Below are positions 33,838-45,948 of a stretch of 64,000 nucleotides of DNA, piece after piece. The stretch spans positions 114,453-178,452 of the forward strand of contig OZ244871.1 of the NCBI GenBank assembly GCA_965221105.1. Reading direction: 5' to 3'. The DNA is from Pseudomonadales bacterium. Lineage in GTDB: Bacteria; Pseudomonadota; Gammaproteobacteria; Pseudomonadales; GM7GCV1. The translations under genes were made by a program, and so were the position numbers. The notes under the pieces were generated by a model. The model made no database searches. It saw nothing but the letters and a program-made list of their open reading frames with translations, and had not been told where the DNA came from. The number at the start of each line of letters is the position of its first letter. The first letter of the stretch is position 1.

Positions 33838-35166
33838 CTAACCCTTAAAGTTTGCTTTTTTCATCAGCGACTCATACTGATGACTCATCAGATGCGTTTG
33901 CACCTGCTGCATAAAGTCCATGCTCACCACCACAGCAATCAACAGAGATGTACCACCAAGATAAAAGGGCACATTCCAGAATGCCGCAAGAAACAGCGGC
34001 AGCAGGCATACTGCCGTAATGTAGACAGAGCCAACCATGGTCAGCCGGGTCATCACATCGTCAATGTGCCTGCTTGTCCGCTCTCCGGGTCGTATACCTG
34101 GAATATAGGCACCCCCGCGCTTCAGATTGTCCGCCATTTCCTTGGGATTGAAGATCAATGCTGTATAGAAAAAGCAGAAGAAGATGATCAGCGCAGCAAA
34201 CATCAGCATATACAGGGGCTGACCGGGTCCAATGGCCAGGGACACTTCCTGAAGCGCGGTTTTTACCCAGTTGGTTTCGCCCTCGGCACCCTGACCAAAC
34301 CAGGTTGCCAATGACGCTGGGAACAGCAGCAGGCTGCTGGCAAAAATGGCCGGAATCACCCCAGCCTGATTGAGCTTCAGCGGCAGGAAACTGCCCTGTG
34401 CTGCGGCAGCCTGACCTGGCCCTGCTTGACGTCGTGCGTAGTTTATCGGGATACGCCTCTGCGCCCGCTCACAGAACACAACAAAATAGACGACTGCAAT
34501 GGCAACCAGCGCAATAACCACCAGAACCAACACATTGAGTTCGCCGGTTCTTGCCTGCTCTATAGACTGACCAATTGCAGCCGGCAGCCCGGCAACAATC
34601 CCGGCAAAAATCAGCATTGAGATACCGTTGCCTACGCCGCGCTCATTGATTTGTTCACCGAGCCACATCATAAACACAGCTCCGGCAACAAGCGTCGGAA
34701 CGGCAATCAGCATAAAGTTCGTATTGTTTGCGTAGATCAGCCCCTGACCGCCGAGGCCAACGGACATGCCGACAGCCTGAATCAAGGCCAGAACCACAGT
34801 ACCTATTCGGGTGTACTGCTGAAGCTGGCGACGCCCGGCCTCCCCCTCCTTTTTCAACTGATCAAGGGAGGGCGTAACAGCGGTCATCAGCTGCATGATA
34901 ATAGATGCTGAAATATAGGGCATGATCCCAAGAGCCAATATGGACATACGCTCCAGAGCACCACCCGAGAACATGTTGAACATCCCCAGAATGGTGTCCT
35001 GGTTCCGGGTAAACAGATCGGCCAACCGATCCGGGTCGATGCCAGGCAGCGGGATATGTGTGCCGATACGGTAGACGACAATCGCCAAAAACAAAAAGCG
35101 AAGGCGCGCCCAAAGCTCACCCATGCCACGCATGTTCCCCAGTGAGAGGTTACCCTGCGTTGCCAT
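33838..35166 (-). CDS. secY: Preprotein translocase SecY
   Basis: [37 protein letters not shown]. Confidence 0.99.
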   Translation of the reverse strand: MATQGNLSLGNMRGMGELWARLRFLFLAIVVYRIGTHIPLPGIDPDRLADLFTRNQDTILGMFNMFSGGALERMSILALGIMPYISASIIMQLMTAVTPSLDQLKKEGEAGRRQLQQYTRIGTVVLALIQAVGMSVGLGGQGLIYANNTNFMLIAVPTLVAGAVFMMWLGEQINERGVGNGISMLIFAGIVAGLPAAIGQSIEQARTGELNVLVLVVIALVAIAVVYFVVFCERAQRRIPINYARRQAGPGQAAAAQGSFLPLKLNQAGVIPAIFASSLLLFPASLATWFGQGAEGETNWVKTALQEVSLAIGPGQPLYMLMFAALIIFFCFFYTALIFNPKEMADNLKRGGAYIPGIRPGERTSRHIDDVMTRLTMVGSVYITAVCLLPLFLAAFWNVPFYLGGTSLLIAVVVSMDFMQQVQTHLMSHQYESLMKKANFKG

Positions 35167-35657
35167 CACTCCTTCCTGTCAGATACATGCGCTGCGGACT
35201 CAGCCTGGACACGTGCTTCGCCAGGCTCTGCAACTGATCCACCAGCTGCTTCTATGGCCGCTCTGGCGCCTTTGGTCACGCCCAGGCCGACAACCCGGAC
35301 CGCCTTGGTCAGTTCACCACTGGCGAAAATCTTGGCGCGGGTCATCTTGCTGCCCACCAGATCCGCCCGTTTGAGTGCGTCAAGATCGATAATTTCAGCA
35401 TCAAGTTTGTTCAGTTCACCCAAACGAATCTCAGCCGTGGTCATGCCCACACGAGAACGGAACCCATACTTCGGCAGACGCTTGCGCAGTGGCATTTGCC
35501 CACCTTCAAACCCGGGCGCAACCGTGCCGCCAGACCGAGACTTCAAACCCTTATGGCCACGACCCGCAGTCTTGCCATAACCGCTGCCGATCCCACGACC
35601 AACGCGCTTGCGCTTTTTGGCACGCCTGGGATTCGGGCTCAGTGTATTCAGATACAT
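35166..35657 (-). CDS. rplO: 50S ribosomal protein L15
   Basis: [18 protein letters not shown]. Confidence 0.98.
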   Translation of the reverse strand: MYLNTLSPNPRRAKKRKRVGRGIGSGYGKTAGRGHKGLKSRSGGTVAPGFEGGQMPLRKRLPKYGFRSRVGMTTAEIRLGELNKLDAEIIDLDALKRADLVGSKMTRAKIFASGELTKAVRVVGLGVTKGARAAIEAAGGSVAEPGEARVQAESAAHVSDRKE

Positions 35658-35720
35658 TGTCTTACCTATCTATCAATAAGCAATAAGCTTGTGCGTCGGC
35701 CAAGCCAGACTGCCGTTGCC

Positions 35721-35912
35721 CTAGTCCTCAACCTGCAGCAGGTAGGACACCTTTTTAATCATGCCGCGATTTGCCTGTGTATCCAGTACTTCCACGCACT
35801 GTCCGATACGGCGCAGCCCGAGACCTGCCACACAGGCCTTGTGGTTCTTCAAGCGACCATTGACACTGTGTACGAGTTTCACCTTGACGGTTTTGTGTTC
35901 TGCCTTTGGCAT
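35721..35912 (-). CDS. rpmD: 50S ribosomal protein L30
   Basis: [21 protein letters not shown]. Confidence 0.96.
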   Translation of the reverse strand: MPKAEHKTVKVKLVHSVNGRLKNHKACVAGLGLRRIGQCVEVLDTQANRGMIKKVSYLLQVED

Positions 35913-35948
35913 GTTGCTTGCCCTCTCTACTTTTCAGATGTCTCGGGC

Positions 35949-36458
35949 CTAGCCCGCAACTTCTGTAATGTCCAGGCCACGTTTGGCAGCCACTTTTTCC
36001 GGTGACTGCATATTCTTAAGCGCCTTAAAAGTCGCCTGCACCACGTTGACAGGCGCGGTTGATCCGTAGCACTTGGCGAGCACGTTTTGCACGCCGGCCA
36101 ATTCCAGAACAGCCCGCATGGCACCGCCTGCAATGACACCGGTTCCCTCAGATGCAGGCTGCATGTAGATCTTGGACGAGCCATGAACTGAAGATGCGGC
36201 GTAGTGCAGCGTGTTCCCGTTAAGTTCTACCTCGATCATATTGCGACGCGCTGCTTCCATGGCCTTCTGAATGGCGGAGGGAACCTCGCGCGATTTGCCA
36301 CGACCGAAGCCGACCCTGCCATTGCCATCCCCAACTACGGTGAGTGCGGTAAAGGTAAATATCCGTCCACCCTTGACCGTCTTGGCAACCCGATTGACTT
36401 CAACCAGCTTTTCCAGCAATCCTTCTGCAGGATCTTTTTCCCTGTTCTGCAATGCCAT
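35949..36458 (-). CDS. rpsE: 30S ribosomal protein S5
   Basis: [19 protein letters not shown]. Confidence 0.98.
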   Translation of the reverse strand: MALQNREKDPAEGLLEKLVEVNRVAKTVKGGRIFTFTALTVVGDGNGRVGFGRGKSREVPSAIQKAMEAARRNMIEVELNGNTLHYAASSVHGSSKIYMQPASEGTGVIAGGAMRAVLELAGVQNVLAKCYGSTAPVNVVQATFKALKNMQSPEKVAAKRGLDITEVAG

Positions 36459-36470
36459 CAGACGATCACC

Positions 36471-36830
36471 CTAGAATTTTAGACCAGACTCGCGGGCGGC
36501 TTCAGCCAGCGCTTTGACGCGCCCATGATATTTAAAACCGCTGCGATCGAAGGCTACAGAAGTAATGCTGACCGACTTGGCCCGCTCAGCGACCAGTGCG
36601 CCTACCGCCCTGGCAGCCTCCATGTTGCCGGTTGACCCACCGTTCAGTTTCTTTTCAACCGTGGACGCAGCAGCAACCACAGTACTGCCCGCAGGATCAA
36701 TAATCTGGGCATAAATATGCCTTGGCGTTCGGTGAACACAGAGGCGATGTATCCGCAATTGTCTGAGTTTGGCACGTGCCTTGCGGGCACGACGGATACG
36801 GGAGGTTTTTTTGTCAATCATCCTGTTCAC
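36471..36830 (-). CDS. rplR: 50S ribosomal protein L18
   Basis: [22 protein letters not shown]; start may be 36821. Confidence 0.97.
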   Translation of the reverse strand: MNRMIDKKTSRIRRARKARAKLRQLRIHRLCVHRTPRHIYAQIIDPAGSTVVAAASTVEKKLNGGSTGNMEAARAVGALVAERAKSVSITSVAFDRSGFKYHGRVKALAEAARESGLKF

Positions 36831-36834
36831 CTGC

Positions 36835-37368
36835 TTACTTTTTCTTCGCTTCTTTCAGGCGAACCTGTTCATCAGCATAGCGAATACCCTTGCCTTTATA
36901 TGGTTCTGGCGGACGAAATGAGCGCACCTCGGCAGCAACCTGACCAAGCAATTGCTTGTCAGCACTCCTGAGCACAATTTCTGTCTGACTCGATGTCTCC
37001 GCCGTCACCCCCGTGGGCAGTTCGTACACAACGGGATGTGAAAACCCCAACGCAAGATCCAGCTTCTGACCACTGGCTTTGGCCCTGTAACCAACACCAA
37101 TGAGCTGCAATCTCTTCTCAAAACCCTCAGATACACCTTCCACAGCATTGTTGACCAGTGCACGCATGGTACCTGCCATGGCCGTGTTGGGCTGATGTTC
37201 ATCCGCCATCTGGATGCAGAGTTGCTCGCCGTCCTGCACCAGCTTGACCGAATCATGGAGACCCACGGTCTGCTCACCCTTGCTTCCCTTGATGGTCACG
37301 AGTGCACCATCAACGCGCACGTCGACGCCACCGGGGATGGGAATTGGACTATTAGCTACTCGAGACAT
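36835..37368 (-). CDS. rplF: 50S ribosomal protein L6
   Basis: [22 protein letters not shown]. Confidence 0.98.
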   Translation of the reverse strand: MSRVANSPIPIPGGVDVRVDGALVTIKGSKGEQTVGLHDSVKLVQDGEQLCIQMADEHQPNTAMAGTMRALVNNAVEGVSEGFEKRLQLIGVGYRAKASGQKLDLALGFSHPVVYELPTGVTAETSSQTEIVLRSADKQLLGQVAAEVRSFRPPEPYKGKGIRYADEQVRLKEAKKK

Positions 37369-37384
37369 CTGTCTGTTATCCACA

Positions 37385-37777
37385 TCAGAATACGGTACAC
37401 ATCACCTCACCGCCGACGCCTTTGGCGCGTGCCACGCGGTCGGTGATCACCCCAAGATTTGTTGAAACAATCGCCACACCGAGGCCACCTCTGACGCGCG
37501 GCATCTCAGCTGCCGATGCGTAGGCTCGCAAACCGGGACGGCTGTAGCGGCTGATTTCTTCGATAACCGGCTTACCCTCAAAGTACTTCAGGGTAATGGT
37601 CAACTCCTTTTTCACGTCATCACTGGTCGCGTAGTCAGAGATATATCCCTCCTCCTTCAGCACCCGTGCGATTGATTCCTTGACCTTGGAAGCAGGCATC
37701 TCAACACATTCCATAGTACGGGCCTGCGCGTTGCGAATGCGCGTCAGCATATCGGCGATGGGGTCTTGCATACTCAT
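37385..37777 (-). CDS. rpsH: 30S ribosomal protein S8
   Basis: [22 protein letters not shown]. Confidence 0.98.
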   Translation of the reverse strand: MSMQDPIADMLTRIRNAQARTMECVEMPASKVKESIARVLKEEGYISDYATSDDVKKELTITLKYFEGKPVIEEISRYSRPGLRAYASAAEMPRVRGGLGVAIVSTNLGVITDRVARAKGVGGEVMCTVF

Positions 37778-37791
37778 CAATCCTGTACCTC

Positions 37792-38097
37792 CTACCAGCT
37801 CGCCTTGACTACACCGGGAATGTTGCCTCGCATGGCGTGCTCGCGAAGCTTGTTTCGGCACAGACCAAATTTGCGGTACACCGCGTGGGGGCGACCTGTC
37901 AGGCGACACCGGCGCTGCTGACGCGTGGGGCTGGCGTTTCTCGGCAACCTTTGGAGTTCAATCTGCGCAGTCCAGCGTTCTGCATCGGCAGTCGCCCGAT
38001 TCTTGATCAATGCCTTGAGCTCAGCGCGCTTTTCTGCATATTTCTGAACCACCTTGGCGCGTCTCTTTTCGCGCTCGATCATGCTGATTTTTGCCAT
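37792..38097 (-). CDS. rpsN: 30S ribosomal protein S14 (101-aa type)
   Basis: [23 protein letters not shown]. Confidence 0.98.
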   Translation of the reverse strand: MAKISMIEREKRRAKVVQKYAEKRAELKALIKNRATADAERWTAQIELQRLPRNASPTRQQRRCRLTGRPHAVYRKFGLCRNKLREHAMRGNIPGVVKASW

Positions 38098-38102
38098 TGG
38101 CC

Positions 38103-38645
38103 CTACTCACCTCGCAGTGGAAAATTGAAAGCTCGCAGCAGTGCGCGACCCTCGTGATCATTGCGGGCGGTGGTACTGATACAGATATCCAGACCACGGA
38201 GTTTATCCACCTTGTCGTAGTCAATCTCAGGAAAAATAATCTGCTCATTGACACCCATGGAAAAGTTGCCACGCCCATCAAACTGTTTGGAGCTAATACC
38301 TCGGAAATCGCGGATACGCGGGATGGCAATAACCACAAGTCGCTCCAGGAACTCATACATGCGTTCGTTACGCAGGGTTACCTTGCACCCAACCGGCCAG
38401 CCTTCGCGAACCTTGAACCCGGCTACTGATTTGCGAGCCCTGGTCACCTGAGCTTTTTGTCCGGCGATCGCTTCCAGGTCGCGCACGGCGTTCTCGAGCA
38501 GTTTCCTGTCTCCGAGCGCTTCACCAACACCCATATTCAGGGTGATCTTGGTAATACGCGGCACTTCCATGGGATTTTTGAGTCCCAGCTCTTCTTTCAG
38601 CCTGCCCAGCAGCTCGTTTTTATACAGGTCTTCGAAATGTGCCAT
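38103..38645 (-). CDS. rplE: 50S ribosomal protein L5
   Basis: [25 protein letters not shown]. Confidence 0.98.
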   Translation of the reverse strand: MAHFEDLYKNELLGRLKEELGLKNPMEVPRITKITLNMGVGEALGDRKLLENAVRDLEAIAGQKAQVTRARKSVAGFKVREGWPVGCKVTLRNERMYEFLERLVVIAIPRIRDFRGISSKQFDGRGNFSMGVNEQIIFPEIDYDKVDKLRGLDICISTTARNDHEGRALLRAFNFPLRGE

Positions 38646-38669
38646 TTTTTTGCTCTCTCAGGATGCCCC

Positions 38670-38990
38670 TCAGGCCCCTATGACATCGCCACTGGATTTA
38701 TAGACGCGAACCTTGCTGCCGTCTCCCTGCATTTTGAACCCAACGCGGTCAGCCTTGCCGGTTTCCGGGTTCCAGATGGCCACATTGGATACCTCAATGG
38801 GAGACTCCTTTTCGATAATTCCGCCGGGAATCTCAGCCTGTGGATTTGGCTTCTGGTGCCTCTTGATCATCTGAACACCACCGACAATCAAACGCCCGTC
38901 AGCCAGCACATGCTGCACCTTGCCGCGCTTGCCCTTATCTCTGCCCGCAATGACAACCACTTCGTCGTCCTGCTTAATCTTGTTGGCCAT
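38670..38990 (-). CDS. rplX: 50S ribosomal protein L24
   Basis: [20 protein letters not shown]. Confidence 0.98.
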   Translation of the reverse strand: MANKIKQDDEVVVIAGRDKGKRGKVQHVLADGRLIVGGVQMIKRHQKPNPQAEIPGGIIEKESPIEVSNVAIWNPETGKADRVGFKMQGDGSKVRVYKSSGDVIGA

Positions 38991-39027
38991 GTTTCAGTTC
39001 TCTCTTTTTCCAGACGCGCCCAGCGAA

Positions 39028-39396
39028 TCACAGCACTTCCGGTGCCAGCGAGATAATCCTCATGAATTGTTCATCGCGAAGTTCACGTGTTACCGGACCA
39101 AAGATACGTGTCCCTACGGGCGCATTCTGGGCGTTCAACAGCACCGCAGCATTGTCGTCAAAGCGGATGATGGAACCGTCCCGGCGACGGACACCCTTGC
39201 GGGTGCGAACCACCACAGCGTTCATCACCTGGCCTTTTTTTACCCTTCCACGGGGAATGGCCTCCTTGACGGTTACTTTGATAATGTCACCAACCCGAGC
39301 ATAGCGACGCCTTGAGCCACCTAACACCTTGATGCACATCACGCGACGAGCACCCGAGTTGTCTGCTACATCAAGGTAGCTCTCTGTCTGAATCAT
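39028..39396 (-). CDS. rplN: 50S ribosomal protein L14
   Basis: [21 protein letters not shown]. Confidence 0.99.
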   Translation of the reverse strand: MIQTESYLDVADNSGARRVMCIKVLGGSRRRYARVGDIIKVTVKEAIPRGRVKKGQVMNAVVVRTRKGVRRRDGSIIRFDDNAAVLLNAQNAPVGTRIFGPVTRELRDEQFMRIISLAPEVL

Positions 39397-39436
39397 GTTC
39401 CAACTCCAGATAATCCCTGCTTTCGGCGGAAGTCGC

Positions 39437-39733
39437 CTACAGCTGTACTGCGCGCTCGTCAATGCTGAGCAGCATCCAGCTCTTGGTCTTTGATAGCAGA
39501 CGATGCTCAGCCACCGTTACCAGATCACCCTCCTGGCACTCGTTATTTTCATCGTGAGCATGTATTTTGGTGGTTTTGATGACGTACTTGCCGTAGATCG
39601 GGTGCTTCACCCGACGGACCACTTCAACCGAAATGGTTTTATCCATCTTAACGCTCACGACCCGACCGCTGAGCGTTCGAGTACTTTTTATGTGTTCTGT
39701 ATGTTCTTCCGACACAGTGGCTTCTTCCGACAT
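39437..39733 (-). CDS. rpsQ: 30S ribosomal protein S17
   Basis: [25 protein letters not shown]. Confidence 0.97.
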   Translation of the reverse strand: MSEEATVSEEHTEHIKSTRTLSGRVVSVKMDKTISVEVVRRVKHPIYGKYVIKTTKIHAHDENNECQEGDLVTVAEHRLLSKTKSWMLLSIDERAVQL

Positions 39734-39927
39734 TAGTTCTCACCTGCTTTCTGGGTGAGTACAGTTTTTATCCGCGCAACATCACGACGCACTTCACGCA
39801 CGCGGTGTGGCTGACCCAGTTGACCAGTGGCGTGCTGCATGCGCAGTCCAAGCTGCTCCTTGCGAAGCTCCAGAAGCTGCTGGTTCAGTTCGTCTACCGA
39901 CTTTTCACGCAATTCGCTGGCCTTCAT
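39733..39927 (-). CDS. rpmC: 50S ribosomal protein L29
   Basis: [17 protein letters not shown]. Confidence 0.97.
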   Translation of the reverse strand: MKASELREKSVDELNQQLLELRKEQLGLRMQHATGQLGQPHRVREVRRDVARIKTVLTQKAGEN

Positions 39928-40340
39928 CACATCACCGTGCGTTTCACAAAGCTTGTTTTAACCGGAAGTTTCCGTGCTGCGAGTTTAAAGGCCTCACGAG
40001 CCAACTCCTCAGAAACACCTTCCATCTCATACAGCACCTTGCCGGGCCTGACCTGTGCAACCCAGTACTCGACATTACCCTTACCCTTGCCCATACGCAC
40101 TTCAAGTGGCTTCTCGGTAATCGGCTTGTCCGGGAACACCCGTATCCAGATCTTGCCGCCACGTTTTACGTGACGAGTCATGGCACGACGTGCGGCCTCT
40201 ATCTGGCGGGCAGTAATACGTCCGCGACCGATTGCCTTAAGCGCATATTCACCAAAGCTGACCTTGGCGCCACGCTGGGCGAGTCCGCGATTGCGACCCT
40301 TCTGAACCTTCCTGAACTTTGTTCGTTTTGGCTGTAACAT
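39927..40340 (-). CDS. rplP: 50S ribosomal protein L16
   Basis: [18 protein letters not shown]. Confidence 0.99.
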   Translation of the reverse strand: MLQPKRTKFRKVQKGRNRGLAQRGAKVSFGEYALKAIGRGRITARQIEAARRAMTRHVKRGGKIWIRVFPDKPITEKPLEVRMGKGKGNVEYWVAQVRPGKVLYEMEGVSEELAREAFKLAARKLPVKTSFVKRTVM

Positions 40341-40357
40341 CTGTTGCTGCCCCGTAT

Positions 40358-41038
40358 CTACCTGCCAGAACGGCCTTTCATGCCGGTACCAGCTTCGGCC
40401 TGTTCATCGGCACCGATAATCTCACCCTTAAATATCCATACCTTTACACCAATAATGCCGTAGGTAGTCAGGCCCTCTGCAGTCGAGTAGTCCACATCAG
40501 CACGCAGGGTATGCAGCGGAACACGTCCCTCGCGATACCATTCGGTACGTGCGATTTCAGCACCGCCCAATCGACCACTCACCTGAATCTTGATACCCTG
40601 GGCACCACTTCGCATGGCATTCTGAACCGCACGCTTCATAGCCCGGCGAAACATCACCCTGCGCTCAAGCTGCTGGGCAACACTTTGTGCAACCAATGAT
40701 GCATCCAAATCTGGCTTGCGCACTTCCTCGATATTGATCTGCACAGGCACACCCATCATCTGGTTGAGTTCAGTGCGCAGGCGATCAACATCCTCACCTT
40801 TTTTGCCAATCACGACGCCGGGGCGTGCCGTGAATATAGTCACCCGAGCACTGGAAGCGGGCCGCTCAATTTCGATGCGGCTCAGTGACGCATGTCCAAG
40901 CTTTTGAGCGAGGTACTCACGCACCTGAAGGTCAGTGAACAGCTTGTCGGCATAATCCTGCTTCTCGGCATACCAGACGGACTGGTGCTGCTTGGTGATA
41001 CCAAGGCGTATGCCAGTTGGATGAACTTTTTGACCCAT
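40358..41038 (-). CDS. rpsC: 30S ribosomal protein S3
   Basis: [19 protein letters not shown]. Confidence 0.99.
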   Translation of the reverse strand: MGQKVHPTGIRLGITKQHQSVWYAEKQDYADKLFTDLQVREYLAQKLGHASLSRIEIERPASSARVTIFTARPGVVIGKKGEDVDRLRTELNQMMGVPVQINIEEVRKPDLDASLVAQSVAQQLERRVMFRRAMKRAVQNAMRSGAQGIKIQVSGRLGGAEIARTEWYREGRVPLHTLRADVDYSTAEGLTTYGIIGVKVWIFKGEIIGADEQAEAGTGMKGRSGR

Positions 41039-41041
41039 GGA

Positions 41042-41386
41042 CTAAGCCTCCCCTGCCTCGTCGGCCACCTTCACAGTGATGTGGCAGGTGCGCTTCAAAA
41101 TCCTGCCCGGACGGCCTTTGGCCCGAGGTTTAAAGCGTTTCATCGTAAATCCTTCGTCAACGTATATCGTTGAGACCAGCAGTTCATCGACATCTGCGCC
41201 TTCGTTGTGCTCTGCATTGGCAATCGCCGACTCCAGAACTTTCTTTACCAGATGCGCGCCCTTCTTGGAGCTGAACTCCAGCAGATCCAGAGCTTCTTCG
41301 GCACTTTTGCCACGAATCTGGTCCGCGACCAGCCTGGCTTTCTGCGGAGAGAGCCGGGCGCTGCGCAATGTTGCTGCTACTTCCAT
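41042..41386 (-). CDS. rplV: 50S ribosomal protein L22
   Basis: [23 protein letters not shown]. Confidence 0.98.
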   Translation of the reverse strand: MEVAATLRSARLSPQKARLVADQIRGKSAEEALDLLEFSSKKGAHLVKKVLESAIANAEHNEGADVDELLVSTIYVDEGFTMKRFKPRAKGRPGRILKRTCHITVKVADEAGEA

Positions 41387-41397
41387 CGTCATCCTCA

Positions 41398-41670
41398 CTA
41401 TTTGGCCTTCTTGTCAGCCGCATGGCCCTTGTAGGTGCGTGTGGCGGCAAACTCGCCGAGCTTGTGGCCGACCATCTCTTCATTAATCAACACCGGCACA
41501 TGCTGACGGCCGTTGTGTACTGCAATTGTGAGGCCAACCATCTCTGGAAAGATGGTCGAACGGCGTGACCATGTCTTGATCGGTTTACGATCATTTTTCT
41601 CTGCAGCCGCTTCCACTTTCCTCAGCAGGTGTGCATCAATGAAAGGACCTTTGTATAGCGAACGAGCCAT
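41398..41670 (-). CDS. rpsS: 30S ribosomal protein S19
   Basis: [15 protein letters not shown]. Confidence 0.98.
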   Translation of the reverse strand: MARSLYKGPFIDAHLLRKVEAAAEKNDRKPIKTWSRRSTIFPEMVGLTIAVHNGRQHVPVLINEEMVGHKLGEFAATRTYKGHAADKKAK

Positions 41671-41689
41671 GTCGTACCTCTGCGCCCGA

Positions 41690-42514
41690 TTATTTGTTGC
41701 GATGCCGCACAATCATCTTGTCTGTGCGCTTGTTCTTGCGAGTTTTGTACCCCTTGGCAGGAGTACCCCAGGGAGACACCGGATGGCGGCCACCGGAAGT
41801 GCGGCCTTCACCACCACCGTGCGGATGATCTACCGGGTTCATGGCCACACCACGGACAGTTGGGCGCACCCCACGCCAGCGCTTGGCACCGGCTTTCCCC
41901 AGCGAACGCAAATTGTGTTCACTGTTGCACACCTCACCCAGTGTTGCACGACACTCAGACAACACGCGGCGCACCTCACCACTGCGCAGGCGCAGGGTTG
42001 CATGAACGCCTTCACGGGCAACCAACTGCACACTGGTACCCGCACTGCGGGCCAGTTGAGCACCTTTACCGGCTTTTAATTCGACACAATGCACCACACT
42101 CCCCACAGGGATGTTGCGCAGCGGCAGGCAGTTGCCAGTCCTGATGGACGCACCTGAACCTGATTGAATCTCATCGCCCGTTCGAACGCCTTTGGGTGCG
42201 ATGATGTACCGATGCTCGCCATCGGCATAGCAGACGAGCGCGATGAGAGCACTGCGGTTGGGGTCATATTCCAGACGCTCAACGCGCGCCGGAATACCGT
42301 CTTTATTCCTCTTGAAATCGATAACGCGATAGCGCCGTTTGTGGCCACCACCTCGATGACGAGTGGTGATACGCCCTGCATTGTTGCGTCCGCCGGTTCT
42401 GGATTTCTGCTCCGTCAGCGGCGCATAGGGCCCCCCCGTGTGGAGCCCATCGTGCACGACGCTCACGACATGCCGGCGACCCGGGGAAGTTGGTTTGCGT
42501 TTTACAATAGCCAT
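41690..42514 (-). CDS. rplB: 50S ribosomal protein L2
   Basis: [21 protein letters not shown]. Confidence 0.99.
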   Translation of the reverse strand: MAIVKRKPTSPGRRHVVSVVHDGLHTGGPYAPLTEQKSRTGGRNNAGRITTRHRGGGHKRRYRVIDFKRNKDGIPARVERLEYDPNRSALIALVCYADGEHRYIIAPKGVRTGDEIQSGSGASIRTGNCLPLRNIPVGSVVHCVELKAGKGAQLARSAGTSVQLVAREGVHATLRLRSGEVRRVLSECRATLGEVCNSEHNLRSLGKAGAKRWRGVRPTVRGVAMNPVDHPHGGGEGRTSGGRHPVSPWGTPAKGYKTRKNKRTDKMIVRHRNK

Positions 42515-42528
42515 CTGTCTGTCTTCCA

Positions 42529-42837
42529 TCAAATCGCCGCTGTAAAGTCAAGCTGCTGGCCTTCAGCCAGACTCACGTAGGCCTTTTTCCAATTGTTGCG
42601 GCGACCGAACCCTGTGCGTGTGCGGCGAACTTTGCCCTTTTGATTCAGTACCTGAACCTTTTTCACGCTGACATCAAACACGGACTCCACTGCAGCCTTG
42701 ATTTCGGACTTGGTAGCATCCACGGCGACCTTGAATACATATTGATTCGCGTTTTCTCCTGCGAGAGCGGACTTTTCTGAGATATGCGGCTTACGGATAA
42801 GATTGAAAAGACGCTCCTGACGCGTATTGATACTCAT
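42529..42837 (-). CDS. rplW: 50S ribosomal protein L23
   Basis: PHISEKS, WKKAYV. Confidence 0.97.
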   Translation of the reverse strand: MSINTRQERLFNLIRKPHISEKSALAGENANQYVFKVAVDATKSEIKAAVESVFDVSVKKVQVLNQKGKVRRTRTGFGRRNNWKKAYVSLAEGQQLDFTAAI

Positions 42838-43457
42838 GCCAGCATCTCCTCAATCTGCTTGAGCGCGGGAACCGTCACAACCACTGTGTCGGCTCCGACC
42901 AGACTCACGGGATCAATACCATTGACATCACGCACATCTACCCGATGCAGGTTCCGGGAGGACAGATAGAGATTTTCACTGACTTCATCCGCAACGATCA
43001 GAGCACTTTCGACTTCATACTCGCCCAATTTGGCAATCAACCCCTTGGTTTTTGGGGCATCCAGATCGAAGGACTCGACCACCATCAGGCGATCTTGACG
43101 GGTCAGTTCGGAAAGAATCGAGCGCATGGCTGCGCGATACATTTTCCTGTTGAGCTTGACACTGTGATTCTGATCGGCGCGTGCAGCAAAAGTCACACCA
43201 CCCGAACGCCAGATCGGGCTGCGGATAGTGCCTGCACGAGAGCGCCCGCTGCCTTTTTGACGCCAGGGCTTTGTGCCGCCACCGGATACTTCCGAACGAT
43301 TTTTCTGCTTTCTGGAGTCCTGGCGTGCATTGGCCAGGTACCCCACTACAACCTGATGAACCAGATCCTGGTTAAACTCGCGAGCAAAATTGACATCGGA
43401 TACTTCGACAGTCCCGCCTGCCGCTTCACCTTTTGGGGCTGCAATGACCAGTTCCAT
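42834..43457 (-). CDS. rplD: 50S ribosomal protein L4
   Basis: [23 protein letters not shown]. Confidence 0.98.
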   Translation of the reverse strand: MELVIAAPKGEAAGGTVEVSDVNFAREFNQDLVHQVVVGYLANARQDSRKQKNRSEVSGGGTKPWRQKGSGRSRAGTIRSPIWRSGGVTFAARADQNHSVKLNRKMYRAAMRSILSELTRQDRLMVVESFDLDAPKTKGLIAKLGEYEVESALIVADEVSENLYLSSRNLHRVDVRDVNGIDPVSLVGADTVVVTVPALKQIEEMLA

Positions 43458-43466
43458 AATCAACCT

Positions 43467-44099
43467 CTAGGCCTTCACTGCCGGATTGACAACCACGTCG
43501 CCGCCGGAAGGACCCGGCACCGCACCTTTAAGGAGCAGCAGGTTGCGCCCGGCATCAACGCGCAGTATTTCCAGATTTTGAGTGGTCACCCGCTCAGCAC
43601 CCATATGGCCAGCCATTTTTTTACCCTTGAAGACGCGTCCGGGAGTCTGGCACTGACCAATAGAGCCTGGAGCTCGATGGGATATGGAGTTGCCGTGAGT
43701 TGCATCCTGCATGCGGAAATTCCAACGCTTCACCGCACCCTGAAAACCCTTGCCCTTGGAGGTGCCGGTTACATCGACCTTTTGTCCGGCTTCAAAGCAT
43801 TCCGCGGTGACTTCCCCGCCGACTTCAAGATTCTCCACGGAATTCACACGAAATTCCCATAGCCCACGACCAGCTTCAACATGTGCCTTGGCAAAGTGTC
43901 CTGCCTCGGATTTGCGTACTCGGGAAGTTTTGCGGGAACCGGTGGTTACCTGAACTGCTGAATACCCATCGGTTTCAACGGTTTTGATCTGCGTAATGCG
44001 GTTTGGCTCAACCTCGACAACAGTCACCGGAACCGATGTGCCATCCTCAGCAAATACGCGAGTCATGCCGCTCTTGCGGCCGACTATACCAATAGTCAT
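43467..44099 (-). CDS. rplC: 50S ribosomal protein L3
   Basis: [25 protein letters not shown]. Confidence 0.99.
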   Translation of the reverse strand: MTIGIVGRKSGMTRVFAEDGTSVPVTVVEVEPNRITQIKTVETDGYSAVQVTTGSRKTSRVRKSEAGHFAKAHVEAGRGLWEFRVNSVENLEVGGEVTAECFEAGQKVDVTGTSKGKGFQGAVKRWNFRMQDATHGNSISHRAPGSIGQCQTPGRVFKGKKMAGHMGAERVTTQNLEILRVDAGRNLLLLKGAVPGPSGGDVVVNPAVKA

Positions 44100-44112
44100 T
44101 TTCTTTCCTCTT

Positions 44113-44161
44113 GTGTACGGGGCTGTTACCCACTATGGCCGCCCATTTCAGAGCGTTACAC
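44113..44161 (-). promoter_or_regulatory. Candidate structured RNA leader upstream of rplC
   Basis: GUGUA..UACAC outer stem enclosing CGCUC/GGGCG and GGG/CCC hairpins just before the rplC RBS. Confidence 0.5.
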
Positions 44162-44369
44162 CGAGAACACCGGAAAAAGAGCTTTCTTGTCCACGCCTGT
44201 CAGTCCTCTGCCCCAATCCCGATGTATGCATGTATGCACTGCGGTTCTGCAGCTGGCCTGTGACTTGCCTTCAAACAAAAAATCAAATTTTCAGTCGTGC
44301 TGTCCTCTTTTTCATACGATGTTCATTCATAGACAGACACTACAGATTTCCATCCCCCGGTGCTGCCAT

Positions 44370-44687
44370 CTAGCCCAGACTGATCTGAACTTCGACGCCG
44401 GCTGCCAGATCCAGATTCATCAATGCGTCTACGGTTTTTTCAGTTGGCTCCAGAATATCCATGAGGCGCTTGTGGGTGCGAATCTCGTATTGATCCCGTG
44501 CATCCTTATTGACGTGCGGCGAGATCAGTACGGTGTAGCGCTCCTTTCGGGTCGGCAAGGGAATGGGGCCACGCACTGCCGCACCAGTTCGCTTGGCCGT
44601 ATCAACGATCTCCTTCGCGGACAGGTCAATCAACCGATGATCAAACGCCTTCAAGCGAATGCGAATGTTCTGATTCTGCATATGCAC
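44370..44687 (-). CDS. rpsJ: 30S ribosomal protein S10
   Basis: [28 protein letters not shown]. Confidence 0.99.
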   Translation of the reverse strand: MHMQNQNIRIRLKAFDHRLIDLSAKEIVDTAKRTGAAVRGPIPLPTRKERYTVLISPHVNKDARDQYEIRTHKRLMDILEPTEKTVDALMNLDLAAGVEVQISLG

Positions 44688-44818
44688 ATTCCAACCGGTT
44701 TTCAGGCCAAGGGTTCGTAGAACAACTTCAACCAGGTGACTTAACTCATTGCTTTTAAGCCACTTTTATTACGAACAACGCCGGCCACCCTGGGGTGACT
44801 GGCGCCAAAGAGGCGCGC

Positions 44819-44847
44819 ATTCTATAGATTTAGGGATTTTAGGTCAA
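44819..44847 (-). promoter_or_regulatory. S10 operon sigma70 promoter
   Basis: TTGACC-17-TAGAAT with GCGCGCC discriminator. Confidence 0.75.
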
Positions 44848-44993
44848 CATCATCAATCACATTTTAGCGCGCGGCTCTGCGTGGCGAGAGAGCTGACAAG
44901 ACACTGCCAGCCCTGTTTTTCTCCAAGGTGGCAGATACACAGGGAACTGATTGCTGTCTGCGTTCATCTGTGGTACGGCGTTCTCATGTCGAA

Positions 44994-45770
44994 CTACTGA
45001 ATCCTGGCCTTGAATTTCTGCAATGCCTGCTGAATTCTGGCAGTGTTCTCCGGACCCATGCGCAGCAGTTGCTTGTGCACCATATTCAACCCTTCCAGTG
45101 ACTCGTCCGCATACAGATAGCTGCCCTCGGGACGCACCAGCCTGATTGGCTCCTCCACCACTGGTGCTCCCAATGCAACGTCAATGGCAGCGATCAATGT
45201 ACGCCTGAAGCTCCCTTCGGGGTAGCCCAGTTCAGTGTATGCCTCATCGAACAGAGGTTCGTAAAACCGATAGAATGCAACAAGAAGTTCAGTGTCCACC
45301 GCCTGGACAAGATCAGCGTAGGCGGTGTAGCGACGGTAACTGCCCGGGGCGACAAAGAGTTGTCCGTTTTCCTCGACCACCTCCAGAGCGCCCTCGGGCG
45401 CAATGAGTGGGCTGTGCGGATAGATGAGCGCGCCCCGCGCCGCATTGTCGACCTGAAGGACCAGCTTTCGGATAAACTGGTCCTGTTGCAGCAGACCAAG
45501 GCGAACGGAGCTGAGTAACATTTCCAAATGGCGGAGCAGGAGCGCATCGCTGTTCTCCAGTTTGGGCAATGTTCCAGTGAGTTCGTAGGTATTGCTGAGT
45601 TCTGGCGGCGGCGGGGGAATTTCGCGGGGAATCCTGAATGGTTTTACCCCCTGCCCTGTCGCATCTGAGGATGCAATCGCTGGAGGCTCGGCCTCAGGCA
45701 AAGCAAACAGATAGATCCCAAGCGCCACTATGACCAGCAAACCTGCACCTATACCAAGATTCCTTTTCAT
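44994..45770 (-). CDS. DUF3014-like membrane-anchored protein
   Basis: N-terminal TM + Pro-rich linker; LP.LE.SD, SYRRY..Y, PLFDEAY.ELGYP, KQLLRMGPEN; GGAGG RBS. Confidence 0.8.
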   Translation of the reverse strand: MKRNLGIGAGLLVIVALGIYLFALPEAEPPAIASSDATGQGVKPFRIPREIPPPPPELSNTYELTGTLPKLENSDALLLRHLEMLLSSVRLGLLQQDQFIRKLVLQVDNAARGALIYPHSPLIAPEGALEVVEENGQLFVAPGSYRRYTAYADLVQAVDTELLVAFYRFYEPLFDEAYTELGYPEGSFRRTLIAAIDVALGAPVVEEPIRLVRPEGSYLYADESLEGLNMVHKQLLRMGPENTARIQQALQKFKARIQ

Positions 45771-45948
45771 GACTGTCCTCCAAAAGGCGGGGCTGAGAGC
45801 CGATTGTAGCCAAGATTGGAATTCTTGGGAGGAACTATTGGCACCCTGATGCAATCGCCTCTGCCCTTCCTGTCGATGAATACAGAGGAATACATTGTGT
45901 GTCAGACCCTCGCTGCACAAGGAAGTGGACGGCTTCCATCCCCTGAAT

